DNA of 64,000 nt from the NCBI GenBank assembly GCA_010405405.1, contig MU004230.1:3506627-3570626 (forward strand), in the 5' to 3' direction. Source of the stretch: Microthyrium microscopicum (Eukaryota). Shown in pieces: positions 1 through 11,266 of this stretch (the first letter of the stretch is position 1; every line of letters starts with the position of its first letter). The notes beneath the pieces are model-generated. The model did no database searches and was not told the origin of the DNA. It worked only from the letters and a program-made list of their open reading frames with translations. The position numbers were made by a program, and so were the translations under genes.

Positions 1-1292
1 TAGGTGTGTTGATACACAACAGGCTTCCAGATGTTGTTGCTGGAGGGGTTCAACAAGCAAAGCAGCAGCAACAGTAGGGGTGTGACGCGACAGCAACGGT
101 AACCATTATTAGAAGCGGAATATAACGAGGCCTAGGGACCCATGAAGAAAAGAAGAGAAGAAGAAGAAAGGATGAGCAGGCCGTGTGAAAGAGAGACCGG
201 GGGTAAGAAAAACAATCAACAGGATAGAGTAGTACCTTGGTAGTTGGTGGGAGGGTAGAAAGATGGAGGAGTTGGAGGTTGAGCAATTGATTATTGACGG
301 AGGGAGACTTGGAGAGAGACCAAGGCCAAATTGAGGCAAGAGCGAGGGAGCGAAGCAAGGGTCGTGGAACTGACGTGTCAATGCCTTCTGTGATTGGCTT
401 GCTGCACCAAACCACGCTTACTTTTCCTTAGAGCTCTCACAAAGTAAACAAACAAAAGTATTGCTGCATAATAATAAATAAATATTATCCGTCTTTAATT
501 CCGCCAAAGTGCCTCCTTGCTACCTACATAGAATGATGTATTAGATTGCTCAGCCTTTTCGCTTTTATGCATATTTCCCCTGGATTCCACGTTGTAGCCA
601 TGCGCTGTACTTGTTTGTACTGGACCTGACTTTCCAAAAGCACTCAAGCATTTCATCTTACCAGCAACCTAGCGTGCTTACCAACACTCTTCAGCTTTCC
701 AAGAACTCAAGATATGTTTCCATTTTCAAGCGTAATCAGGTTTACGATTTTGTGAGTACAGTAAAAATGCTCCGAAAAACATACATTCGTCGCACGGTGA
801 ATCGATAAAACAAATGATAGAGGCCTCCGAATATGATAAGCTCTATGACATGTGAATATGTACGCATTCTCTAGTAGTCATCGCAAGAGATACATAAGTA
901 CGCCCATTTCGTCAAGTCGCAAGTGGTTGAACATTGTATCAAGATCTTGATCTCAACAGAACTTATTCAGATATATACATCGCGATCTTATCTTATCTAC
1001 AGGGTGCAAATAGTAACAACCCCTGAGGTACAGACCGGGGATAATATGCAAAGATGATGATAAAGTGAAGCTGCAGGGATGGTGGTTTAGAAATAACAAT
1101 TCGACAGATGGCATCTATTCAACTTTGGACCTTTGGTTACCAACACCACTCAAAGGCCCTGACCACTTTTCCATTCCTTACCACACCTTCAATCTAATTT
1201 CTTTTCTTTCTGACCACCTCACATCCAACATCTCAGGCCAACCCGCACTTCCTATCTTGATACACCTTATCGTTACTTGGTAAACCGCGGCC

Positions 1293-2111
1293 ATGGTCAA
1301 CTGGATAGGCTTGGCCTTTCCATTCCTCTATCTAGGACTACTCGTCGGCGCCCTCTCCACATTCTCCTCTCTATATAGAAAGCGCAAAGCATGTGCGTAC
1401 ATCCCCTCTACCTCTTTAGATATCATGAACAACGACTAACATCTTATAGCACGAGCACAATCTCTCGCGCCTTGGTTCGAGTCGCATCATCCCCGAGATG
1501 TCTACCTATCCCTGATACACCTCGACGAAGACGATTCCGAAAAGCCCGAAGTTCCTGATACTGTCCTGAAAGCCGCGCTTCTCCGCCGTGCACAAGAAGA
1601 TGTCCAGCGAGTCCTACAAATGCGAAACTCAAAGCAAGCGCTCGCAACATTACTCCAACGAGGCAGCATAGGCGACGATCTATGGCAACGGTTTCTACGA
1701 GCAGAGCAAGAATGTGAAGAGGAAGTGCGAGACGTAGTTCAAGAAGTGAGCAACCCATAATTGGCCCAATATCCTTCCAAAAAGCTAATAATGTGCTAGG
1801 CAAATGCATTCGCAGACAACTGGGGTAGCTTCATATTCCAATCCGCCCATGAAATGGCCCAAAACCAACAAACGCGCAAACGCATGGCCGAGATCCAAGC
1901 AGAGACTGAAGCAGAGAAGGAATGGTGGGAGAAGAAGCGATCAACTGTGCAAGCCGAGTTCATGAAAGAGCTAGATGATGAAGCAGCTGCTGGCACTACT
2001 ACACGCAAACTATCCTCGAAAGGTAGCGACGACGAGGCTGTTCTTGTAGAAGCACCGGCAGGAGCATCACAGCAAGGTGGTGGGAAGAAAAAGAAGAAGG
2101 GAAAGAACTAG
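1293..2111 (+). CDS. SEC66: ER translocation protein Sec66/Sec71 (3 exons)
   Basis: Manual splicing (introns ~1393-1449 and ~1746-1799, GT..CTAAC/CTAAT..AG) gives MVNWIGLAFPFLYLGLLVGALSTFSSLYRKRKA..LAPWF..VYLSL..VLKAALLRRA..LLQRGSIGDDLWQRF..VVQEANAFADNWG..IFQSA, the recognisable fungal Sec66 sequence; the last exon overlaps ORF 1854..2111. Confidence 0.93.
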
Positions 2112-2363
2112 AAGCGCTCCCGTGTCTGATTAAGATTTCCACAAATCACCTCTTTGTACCATTATCTGCAAGGCTAGCATTTTCTGTGCGTTTGGCGTTG
2201 GAACACTATTTACACGGGCGTTTGAAAGGCTGGAAGAGCTGCGGGTTTGATTTCATGATTTGTATTAATCGCCTGTGGAATGATAGGATAAGGTTTCTAA
2301 AATATATCATGCTTCCGGATTTAACGCCCGGTATATCGCTCATATAACAGCCTCGTCTTTCCT

Positions 2364-3611
2364 CTATTTTGCCCGTGGTCCTGATACACCTGCTCCGATG
2401 ACACTAGGCAGTTCTTCGGAACCCATCGAATACAGTAGGCCAATTCCCAAGGTCACGACTGAGACTAACATGACCGAAGTACCAGCCAAAAGCCAGAACG
2501 GGGCAGCAACATCCTTCTTTTGACAGGCTGTGCCGCCGAAATATGTTGTTTTCTTGCCTCCATCTTTAAACTCCCGGACCTCTGGCTTGTTGCAAACACA
2601 AGAGAAATACTGGATATCTCTATCATCTTCCTTTTCGGTAGCAACGACCTTGCATTCACCATGACCGGTGCAATTTGAAGTAGTCCGTTCGCAGCCTTGT
2701 TGTGAGGTATATCGAGCGGGAATTGACGATTTAGCTGCCGTAAGTTGGTTTGTCGCCGGGCTGAATGACTCTGCCTTTGCATTTGACTTGGTATCGGGAT
2801 GTAGTGGAACTTCTGATCTGGCTTTGAGTTGAACGGCGCGGCGTTGAGATCCACCGTAGCTTTTGGCTGCTCCAGCTCGCTTCCCGCAGTGTGCCTCTGG
2901 TGGCATAAACGCGATTGTAACGGTGGTGAAGTCATCGTGTGCGTGGAGTTCATCAATCAGATGCTGTACTTTGATGACTTCATCTTTGTATTGGTGGCTG
3001 GATAGGCCATAGGTTTGTGATAAGCGCTATCAATATCAGTACTAAGCAATACACCCTCTACTAGATGCACTCACTGTTAGGCTAGATAAGTGCAGTATTA
3101 TCTTATCCCCATGAATTTGTAGATCGTTTCCGACGTGCTCTGAGAGGTCGTTTAATGCTCGGAGATTGGAATGGTAGTTGCTAGCCTTAGACGAATCGTG
3201 GTCCGCAAACTCTGACAAGAGCTCTCTTGTATCCTCCGGGTGAGGTGCGGGAATAATCTCGAAGCTAGTCGTGCTTTGAGAATGCTGAAAGATGTCTTCA
3301 GACTTCTCTACACCATCCACAACTATCAAGACTCTGGAGCCTTTTGGTGGCGCGCCGGCCATAGGGTGTTGTTGAGGGCCGCCATATCGGTCTACTTGCT
3401 GTATCTCAGCAGGCTCGAAGCCTGATATCGAAAAGTCGTCTGATAGCCCGAGTCTTTGTGCGAAAATCAGTCGTGCAATCTTTGGGGAAACGGTATCGGC
3501 GGAGGTGGTAGCTGGCTGGTGAGGGGATTCGAGGAGTAGGACTTGGCCGGACGAGCTGGCAGAGACAAGAGCTGCAGCTCCGAAAAGCCACGATATCAAT
3601 TCAAGCTTCAT
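2364..3611 (-). CDS. DUF3844 (Vps3844-type) single-pass membrane protein with signal peptide and EGF-like Cys domain
   Basis: ORF 3042..3611 starts with a signal peptide and ARLIFAQRLG. ORF 2364..2906 carries CERTTSNCTGHGEC..FSCVC..FGGTACQKKD, a TM helix and LLYSMGSEELPSVIGAGV. The internal intron boundaries were not fully resolved. Confidence 0.8.
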
Positions 3612-4012
3612 TGTCTTGGCCTCATGAGTGTTGTTGGGTGCTGAGTAGCTATCTTGTAGGCCTTGAGTAGAGCTTCAAGCGTTGTTGCGATGGCCAAGAT
3701 CGGCTTGCCGACTCGCCACCAACCACGTGGAGAGGGCGACAATATCGGCCCGACGCTCCGACTTCAGATGTACTTCTCTGGGTGACAGGTTGGAACGACA
3801 TACAACTTTGACTGACAATTTCTTCATTTTGTCGAACGTTGCGCTTAACCTCGAACCATACGCTCTCAGCTCTCCCGACTTCCAGGTCCTTTTCCCTGCG
3901 CGTGGGTTTGATTCCCGCTTCCGGTCGTACTACACTTCCCAAACACTACAAAACCGTAGTCTCCAGGCGGCGATGCAAATATAGTAACAATAAGAGAGGG
4001 AGAGCTCCCAAA

Positions 4013-5339
4013 ATGCTGAGACCAGTTGCGAGAAGAACTTTTGCAACATTTCCCCCGAACGGGTTTCTCAGTCGGTTTCGGGGCAAGTCCAATCCTCAAA
4101 GGATAGAATACAAAGTCCAGTTACATCGCCCTCCGTTCTTCACATTCGGGCATGTATTTCTACAGCTTACGCCATGATTGATCAACTGACAGGTGATAGC
4201 AACCTTGGACGACGAGCATTACGTATACTCCCTTTATTCGCGGCCACCTATTACTTTTCCCCCATAAGCGTATCGTTTGAGGACGAGAAGGAAGCTATCT
4301 CTGAAGACGGGTCCGATATTGAAGATGGCATTGTAGACGAGGAAGACGAAGATGATGCGAATATCCTACTCTTTCTACCTGTCTCATGGCCCAAGTTGGG
4401 GGAGAGAACATATTATCGCGGATCAGATCCAGAGTGGCAAGAATACATCAAAATAAGCAAAGACAAGGAGAAACAAAAAAGGGTATTTGGTGAGGCCTGC
4501 AACTACACGATAAATGAACATTGTTGACCTTCATAGCTGCTCTTGTCCGCTACATCAGAGAAAGCATGACAGAAGACCCGAAAATTGCCCACTTAATGGG
4601 GAAAGTCGATCTCGACAAAGGTAGACACTGGTTGGACGTGATATTCCCTCCAGGGCCTCCTCGGCATTACGAGCAGACAGGGTATGGACCAAGATTGTCG
4701 CTTCTATAATCTAGCTTACAATGACATAGCATCGCGATTTCCGACCAATATATCGCACTCTCTGTAAGAGAAGTTTCCGAAGCGGAATATCATTCGATAT
4801 CCAGCCTCTTCAATCCAACGGCGGCCGCGAAATCAGTTTGGTCAGCAATGAATCAAATTGTCGGTCCTCCTGCAGACAAAATCAAAGCTTTGTTCGGTGG
4901 AGAATCATACACTCCACCCAATAACAAACCCTTTGGTCCTCCCAACCAAAGTGGAACACCCGGCCCTCCAATGGGACCAGTGGGCTTGTTCCCGCCTGTT
5001 GCGGCGCCTGGAAACGCGCCCGTACCGCCTACTCCTGGAGCTGGTCTCATAGGCGACTCTCAAGAGGAAGCCCTCAGTGCTGAAGCTGCCAAGCAGATAG
5101 CCGCTAAGCAGGCTGAGATGCGTAAATCCTTTATGCGGATATTCGCCAGTCCGCGAACTGTTGACCCCCCTAGGGGCTGTATTATACTGTCTGGATTAGT
5201 CGAATGTGTTGGAAGCCGCGCGAATGCCACGATGGATGTTGTGGCTGCGTTCGATCTCTTCCATGACCATATTGTTGTGGCAGTCCGAAATATACGGCGA
5301 TTGGCACCGCATCAGCAACGGCCTCGGGGCGGACGTTGA
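4013..5339 (+). CDS. Conserved fungal hypothetical protein with mitochondrial-presequence-like N-terminus (4 exons)
   Basis: ATG 4013 gives MLRPVARRTFATF... (Arg-rich, no acidic residues). ORF pieces 4174-4527, 4521-4709 and 4848-5339 join through short introns. Motifs: FLPVSWPK, YYRGSDPEWQEY, PPRGCIILSGLVE. Confidence 0.7.
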
Positions 5340-6191
5340 ATGTTATGTTTGTGTCCTACCTGTTAGAACTGCACCGTAGTTCAGTGGCGGAAAAGCCTTT
5401 TGTATAGCTAGGTACTTCTTTACTCTGTTAGCCCATATGATACCCCTTGTTTCTGTCCAGAACCACGAATTCTTCTCTTAAAGGAATACTGGGTATTCAT
5501 CTCAGGTTCTCTATCTCTGTGATAAGTGTCTAGCTCCATCTGGTTTATTACCTCGATTGCCCGTTCAATTGCTAAATTGATTGCTAATCCAACCTCATAG
5601 TCGACCTAGGTTTTAGTGTACATGTTATTTCCACTGTCCACCAGTAACCTTTTTTGGATCTCCCTTCCGATTTACTGTCAATAGTCACATATTGAATAAG
5701 CTACATTCTAGGAGCTGAGGTGGCGATTCTGTACCTGTTTGAAAGTTGATCATGCATATCAAGTCGCTTGAACCCGTATCGAAGCTGCTCCTTCCCCAGT
5801 TCCTCTCTGAGCTCAGGTATCAAACGGCATTAGCGTATAACCTAGCTGAACTACCTTGTTGAGATAGTCACCAATCACTTGACCTCTTCACCTGAAGGCT
5901 GTAGAATACGCAGGTATCAACTTCTATCTTAGGAACTTTAGCACCTCATGTTCCTCTAGGCATTGACCAAAGTCAACCTTCACCTGATGAGGTGACTGCT
6001 AGTGAACTTTGCGCTTTCACTCCACGCTCTATTCGAGTACTATAAAACATCTTCAACTATCCAACATCCTTCCAAATTCTTCATCATCGTCCTCCACTCC
6101 AGCATCCAACACAATCTACCCTCTACAACCTTCAATAACAAAAATCCTCTACAACAATCAACAACATCCAAAACACCTTACAAAACTCAAG

Positions 6192-6753
6192 ATGCGTTTC
6201 TCCACCATCATTGCTGCCTCCGTTGGCGCTATGGGACTTGCTACCGCTGTAGCTCTTCCACACTCCGAACACGCCATTGGTAAGAACCCATTGACCTGTC
6301 GCTTTTGAACGCCCATAACGTGAACCGATTCTAACAAACCCCCCAGAGCGTCGCAATGCTACCGCAGCCCTCGCCCTCTACGGCACTCGCTGCAACAACA
6401 ACAACCTCAATGCTGCGGACTTTGGCAAATGCCTTGAGCGCTTCGCTAGCGTCCAAAACAACCAATGTCTAGTGCCGCCTCTAGGCAGCGGACACTTCTG
6501 CCAGCAGGGCAACGTGTACTTCAGCGGAGTCAAGTGGTCTGATGAAGGAGATCTTGGTCTTCTAAGCGCTCCTTGCAGCACCGTAAGTCATCGAAGCATC
6601 TGGCTCTGAAAGTGTATATCTAATGAATTTCAGGTTCTCGCTGGTGTCAAGCGCATCTTGGGCCAGTGCGGTTATGCGGGCGGTTCTACCGGTGTTTGGG
6701 GGTCTGACGGCGAGGACTTGATTGTCCACGTTACTGACCATAACGTCGGTTAA
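6192..6753 (+). CDS. Small secreted cysteine-rich protein (147 aa, 6 Cys), effector/toxin-like
   Basis: Exons 6192-6279, 6347-6582, 6634-6753 with canonical introns. Signal peptide MRFSTIIAASVGAMGLATAVA, then a short propeptide ending ERR. Mature part contains RCNN..KCLERF..QCLVP..FCQQG..PCSTV..QCGY..DLIVHV. Confidence 0.8.
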
Positions 6754-8003
6754 GTGCGACAAGGTCATGGCTTCAGGGCAGGGAGGTTGTACTTGCTGCT
6801 TCAAAGAGCCTTCTCGGGTGGGTGGTTGATGACAGCGGTCCTGATGACAAGTCTGATGGATTGGTTATTTGAGGCAGGAGTCTATATCAGTCGATGTAGA
6901 CTGGCATAGCTGAAATTACAATTGATTACAAACTCTAAAAGCTATCTCTACAACTTGTGTCTTGAATCGTCTATATCTTTTTGTATTACGCAGTAAAATG
7001 ATATCTCACACCATGGAAGAGACGACTGACATCATTTGATCCACGCTGCTGGCTGCCATTGCCCTCAGTCCTTCTCCAGTGCATACAGGGCTGGACTGTC
7101 TCAGCGTAAGGGAAAGAAGCATTAGGCAACATACGGAGGCCTGCTCAAAGGGGCGCGAGCGAGTATACAAGCGTAGGTTGACCTACTCGAGCAGCGAACA
7201 TTGGCCTTCACTATATCTTGGACTGACACTTCATAGATTCTAATAGGGGCTGCACTTGATTTGAATTTCGATGCTATGGGTGTGGCTAGGAATATCCAAA
7301 AGTCAGCCAAGGCTGGTATGACAAGAGAATTACTTCCAATGTGTTTATCGCTGAGTTGCTCTAGGCAATGCACATATCTCACGGCAGCCATGCCTGCGAA
7401 ATTAGGCATATTGGCTGAAGACCAGCCAAGCCAGTCAATAACAGAGCCTCAACGAAATAGCCATGAAGCTCGCATGGTGAGCATTCTAATTTTGATTCTT
7501 CTGCTTGTGGCACCTTCAACATTCACTGCCCGCATCTTTTCATTTCCCAGCCGTATGGTCCTGGCGGGCCACTCTTTGAGGTGTTTTGGGCGGTTTCCTT
7601 GCCAGTAATAGCGCTCGTAGGTTTCCTAGTAATGATTTGGTTGTTTGGGAATCAACACTAACGTGGAGTATGGCGAGATTTCCATTCGAAGTTGTCCTCC
7701 ATTTGCCCCAAAAAAGGTAGCAGCTTGGCCAGCTGATGTCGAGTTGGGTTTAAGTCCATATAACAGATAGTAAGGGAGGACGCATATCTCATGTTCATAA
7801 GAATGTTTAGCCAAACTCGGAGGAATGTGAGCCTACAGTGGTTGGAAACAGCTATCGCTCAAGGTGCCTAGGCTTGTTAGAGTTCTTAGATCAAGTCTAT
7901 GCCCAAAAGTGGTCTATGACATACCGATGAAATTCTACTTTCTTGCAACAATATGATGCCAAGCAATTGCTGTTAATTAATGAAAGCCGTTGTCATAATC
8001 ATC

Positions 8004-8931
8004 TCAGCGCTCGTTCTCTGCACTAAGTTCCGCCATGAGACCACCGGCATCTCGTTTCTTTGCATCGTCGTCTAGTGCGGCCTTAATGAGTTCAGAGAGA
8101 GTCTGAACTTGCGGAAGGGCCATGTTGGACCAGTTGACGATTGAGTAGGCGTCAACTGCTGCACCACCATACTTGGCTATTTGACACAATTCTCCATGCC
8201 GGTTCATTGTGATGATGACTTGACCATCTCGAACTTGCTCTTCGGCCTGCGTCGCATCCACAAGGACAGTCTTGCCCTCATTGTAGTGTGAGAAGGTTAC
8301 GCAGAGCGGATGATGAATGAGAGACAGGGCTACTGGTTCTCGTTCCCGAATATCGTGGACAGTGACGCTATCACCATCTACAGTGACATCAGGACGCCGA
8401 AAGTGCTGGAGCGCTGTCATAAGAGCGATACATGCTGCATCGATTAGGTTTCCATCATGGTCCAGAACGTGTATATCAGCTCGAAGCGCGAAGCATTTGG
8501 AGCCAGCGACTATACAGAGCGACTCCGTGTCCAGAGCCGAGCTGCGACGAATGGCCTTCTCCAGGATTCGAGAAAGCAGGATTTCGTCTAGATTTGGTCT
8601 ATAACATATATCAGTCTGGCTCATCACTCGAACAAGAACAAACTGACCGGCCTATTTCGAATTCTGGTGATGCCATGGGGGAAAACTCGCAACTGATGAT
8701 GAAAATTCCATCGAACTTGCGCTCCGGATAGGGAGCAGTTACTTCACAAGAAAGTCGGACTGCAATTTGCGTTTTTCCTAGTGCAATATCGACAGAGCCA
8801 TAGTCTTCGCCGAATTTGATGTCAAGCTTGCGGTACTGGTCAACTGGGCGCGCATCGATGCGCTGATTCTCTTGCAATGCTTGCAGAATGAATGACCGCT
8901 CATTATTCGACAACTCAGCCTCTCGTGGCAT
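8004..8931 (-). CDS. RRP45: Exosome complex RNase PH-like subunit Rrp45
   Basis: MPREAELSNNERSFILQALQENQRIDAR..PYPERKFDG..EFSPMASPEFE joined through one intron (~8600-8648) to LSRILEKAIRRSSALDTESLCIVAG..DHDGNLIDAACIALMTALQHFRRPDV. Confidence 0.95.
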
Positions 8932-9131
8932 TTTCAACAGCTTTGCTTTTCAAGAGTGTGGTGTCTGGAAAACTAAAACAATGTTGTTGCTTTGAATGTT
9001 TTTCCTGGTGGTAGCGGCGACACTCGGCTCTGATTGGCTGCGCTGCTACAGGGGGAATCTTGGGGTTTCTTGAAAAAAGTTCAATGACCTTGATGCTTCA
9101 CTTCCAGTCGCGAACTTCTAATACTTCATCA

Positions 9132-10290
9132 ATGGCTGCGCGAAGGAATCCTTCATCTATCACATCGTTTGGATCTGGTGAGTTTTCAGCGTTCTTACAT
9201 AGCTTTGAGACACAGAGCAGTCAGGGTGTTTCCTGAGGCGTAGACTCGATCGCTAACTTACAAAGCTCAAACAGTCCATCAATCAATATGTAGATCCTGT
9301 TCACACACAATACGGCGGCGATATGCATCTACGGCCGCAGCTGTTGCAGAACAGCCAACCTCCGAAGCACCTGCACCACAAGAAGCCCATCAACTCCTCG
9401 CTGGCGTAATCCTCTCCCGTCCTCCCCAAATCACACGCGACCTCCATCCATTCGAGAAAGCTTTCTTCCTCTATCAAAAGCGTCTCAATGAGCGACTCGC
9501 GCTGCCGTTCACGAGATACTTATATTATAAAAAGAAAACGCCGAATCTGCTCGACTTTCGGAAAAAGCTTGACCAGCGCAAGACCCCAGCCCGAGACATT
9601 GGAAACTACAGCGCGTATTCAGAACATGCATGGCATGACGAGCCCATGGTGGGTGCAGTAGAAGGCGAGATTGAAGATGTCAAGGAGAAGCTACTCACGG
9701 ACGAGCAACCGTTCCCAGAAGATGAGGATCTAGACCAAGTGGTGGCGATGGAAGAAAAGGTCATACCGGATGCGCCCATGCCCAGAACCACGGAGGCGGA
9801 TAAAGCTGGAGATGAGAAGAGTCTCAACAGGCTACTGCAGCGTACGCTGTATTTGCTTGTGAAGGATGGCAAGGGCAACTGGCGATTTCCCTCTGCTCCA
9901 TGGGACGGAGTGAAGAAAGAGACGCTTCGAGAAGTAAGGCATATATCCATACAGTCAAGCAAGCATCAACTAATTCGAGAACAGTCCGCTGAGCGCATAA
10001 TTCGACAATCTGCTGGCATCAACATGCACACATGGATCGTCAGCAACCACCCTGTTGGTCACTTCGAGCGGCCATACGGGCAAAATTATATCACAACAAA
10101 CGAGGCTGGGGCTACTGTCAAGGGTGAAGTCACATTCTTCATGAAAGGACGGATAATGATGGGGCAAGCCGATATCAAAGAGAGTGAACTGGGGGTCAGT
10201 GATTTCAAATGGCTTCCTAAGGAAAGTATCAAGGAGCATGTACATCCCAAGTACTGGGCTTCAGTTGATGATATTCTGCCGTCCCGGTAG
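9132..10290 (+). CDS. MRPL17: Mitochondrial large-subunit ribosomal protein mL46 (yeast Mrpl17)
   Basis: ATG 9132; introns ~9178-9265 and ~9934-9983. Motifs LAGVILSRPPQITRDLHPFEKAFFLYQKRLNERL, PRTTEADK..KSLNRLLQRTLYLLVK..WRFP, GINMHTWIVSNHP. Confidence 0.9.
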
Positions 10291-11266
10291 TATGGAGTTT
10301 GCATCACTAATCGGGATCAGCAAATGTTTGTCGAGAAGTTGTATGCATAGTGAATCTTAGCGCTTGTACATAACTTTGTAAGATAGGAATATATCATCGA
10401 CGCTCTACTCAAGCGTTGCGCATTTTGGTTTTGGCTATGTTTATGCTCTTCAGCAAGATTGTATCTTCGCCCAATATCCCAACTCCAAGTAGGACTCCAC
10501 ATGTCCGTAAAAGGAAGAACGAAATTACTGGATGCGGAAGGTATTGATGTGTAACAGCGAATTAACGGGCAGAGCCGCTGCGTGAAACAGGGACCAGGCC
10601 AAATGGTGCACCATAAGTGGTCGGTCCCTTTTTGCCGTAGTATCTATAATATGTCGAGTGTTATATGGTTTTGCGAATTGTATAGTCAATGGGCGTGCTG
10701 GAGAAGACTTGAGAATCCCTTTGTAGGCTTCTCCAGTACTATACCTATCAATTACCATAAAGTTGGGGAAATGAAAACGTTGTAGTTATTTTAACCTGCG
10801 ATTTGGCAGATGCTCATCATGCTGTGCTTTTGCTGATGTCCTGCCAGCCCACAGAGCCTGCCTCTCCAACACCATCCCGGCCACTCAAGGCTCAAGCAAC
10901 TGCCCAGACCCCAGATGCGCTATCCTCATTGCGCTGATCCAGTTGCACATCCAAACCCAGTCGTCAGCATCTCTGCTCAGCCGCCTTTCCATATCCAACA
11001 AACTCCGCTTCTACCAAATCAACTCCCTTCAATCATCCTTCGCTTCCGCTCGCTTGCGCTCAAACACCCGATTCAAACTACGCGAAGTCCCCGCTGCGAG
11101 TAGCAACCTTCCAAGTTACGTCTGACAGCCCCCCAATCCTTCAAACACATCCGCCGCATAGGCCCGCTGCCTTCCACCATGAATCTCCGGCTAGTGTAGG
11201 CATACATCGCAATATACCTACTGTACTCCCACTACACTTGGAGGTTTTAGCCTTTACTCAATCGCC

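Noticed and set aside
50..415. Minus-strand low-complexity ORFs
   Set aside because: Pyrimidine-rich sequence typical of a 5' UTR/promoter (CCAAT at ~394-398) of a gene lying left of the window.
7000..7900. Several 60-115-aa ORFs on both strands
   Set aside because: No consistent spliced model or family could be built; possibly a gene relic, but unsupported.
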